Source of the DNA: the human T2T-CHM13v2.0 reference genome, Homo sapiens
Length of the DNA stretch: 64,000 bases
Assembly: GCF_009914755.1 (NCBI RefSeq)
Contig: NC_060933.1
Reading direction: 5' to 3' (one strand)
Both the position numbers and the translations under genes were made by a program. Within the stretch, counting starts at the first letter, position 1, and every line of letters starts with the position of its first letter. This document shows, in pieces, positions 59,478 to 64,000 of the stretch. A model generated the notes under the pieces. The model was given only the letters and a program-made list of their open reading frames with translations, ran no database searches and was not told the origin of the DNA.

Positions 59478-59869
59478 TGTTAAACTAAATTTGGCCTGAG
59501 GCTGCCTCTGTACCTTGAGTCCCTACATAAGGAACTGCAACCTAGCTTGGCACGTAAACAAACTGAAAGCCTAACTTGGGAGCATACTTTTGAAACAGAT
59601 AGCTGAATTGCAGCCAATCACAGCAGCTAAGCTTCAGCCAATCACAGGCTGCCAACTGATCAGACCATGGCAAAGTATAAGGCAAAGTAGAGCTGTAAGC
59701 AATCCAGCAGTGTCTGTACCTCACTTCCATTTTCTGTCTATAAACACTGCCGGCCCACACTGTGTTCTCTGAACCTTTTCTGGTTCTGAGGGCTGCCCAG
59801 TTCATGCATTATTCTTTGCTCAAAAAAAACTCTGTCAAATTTAATTTGTCTAAAGCTTTTCTTTTAACA
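59478..59869 (+). mobile_element. MER57-family solo LTR
   Basis: TGTTAAACTAAATTTGGCCTGAGG...CTTTTAACA with tandem cagccaatcacag boxes and a TATAAA. Confidence 0.75.
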
Positions 59870-60048
59870 CTATTAACACTTATCTGATGTTCCTACCTTA
59901 TCTGATGCTTTTCCCTGTGCAGCCCTCACTAGTATAAACTGCTAGATCTCTCACACCTGGCCTGCCACTGGGACAGGTGTTAGGCTCAGCACCCTTGCTC
60001 CTCCAGTTGCTCCCATATCAGTGCTCACTTAGCTTACATCTTCCCCTA

Positions 60049-64000
<3,952 letters not shown>

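Overview
Primate, almost certainly human, genomic DNA, very rich in Alu, L1, L2, MIR and LTR repeats. The only protein-coding gene I can support is the 5' end of ECPAS (ECM29/KIAA0368, proteasome adaptor and scaffold) on the minus strand, recognised from memory of its N-termini. Its CpG-island promoter lies at about 26.2-28.0 kb. Three short start-bearing exons are visible, and each ends in a phase-1 GT donor: METGSDS (27545-27566), MAAAAASASQDEL (26933-26972) and MYHIDCR (16328-16349, inside a 104-nt exon at 16328-16431). I did not find the shared downstream exon (QLERVFLRL...) in the window; it should lie left of base 1. Bases 1-26.9 kb are intronic and 28-64 kb is upstream intergenic sequence packed with nested transposons (MER21, THE1, MER52, MER11, MER57 and other LTRs). 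The most interesting structure is the 104-nt exon. If included, it turns the upstream start into a short uORF, adds a second uORF ending 3 nt before a new ATG, and supplies a replacement 7-residue N-terminus. Almost all ORFs in the supplied track are repeat-derived artefacts. Repeat subfamily names and boundaries were read by eye and are approximate. I found no clear evidence of a wholly new gene system.
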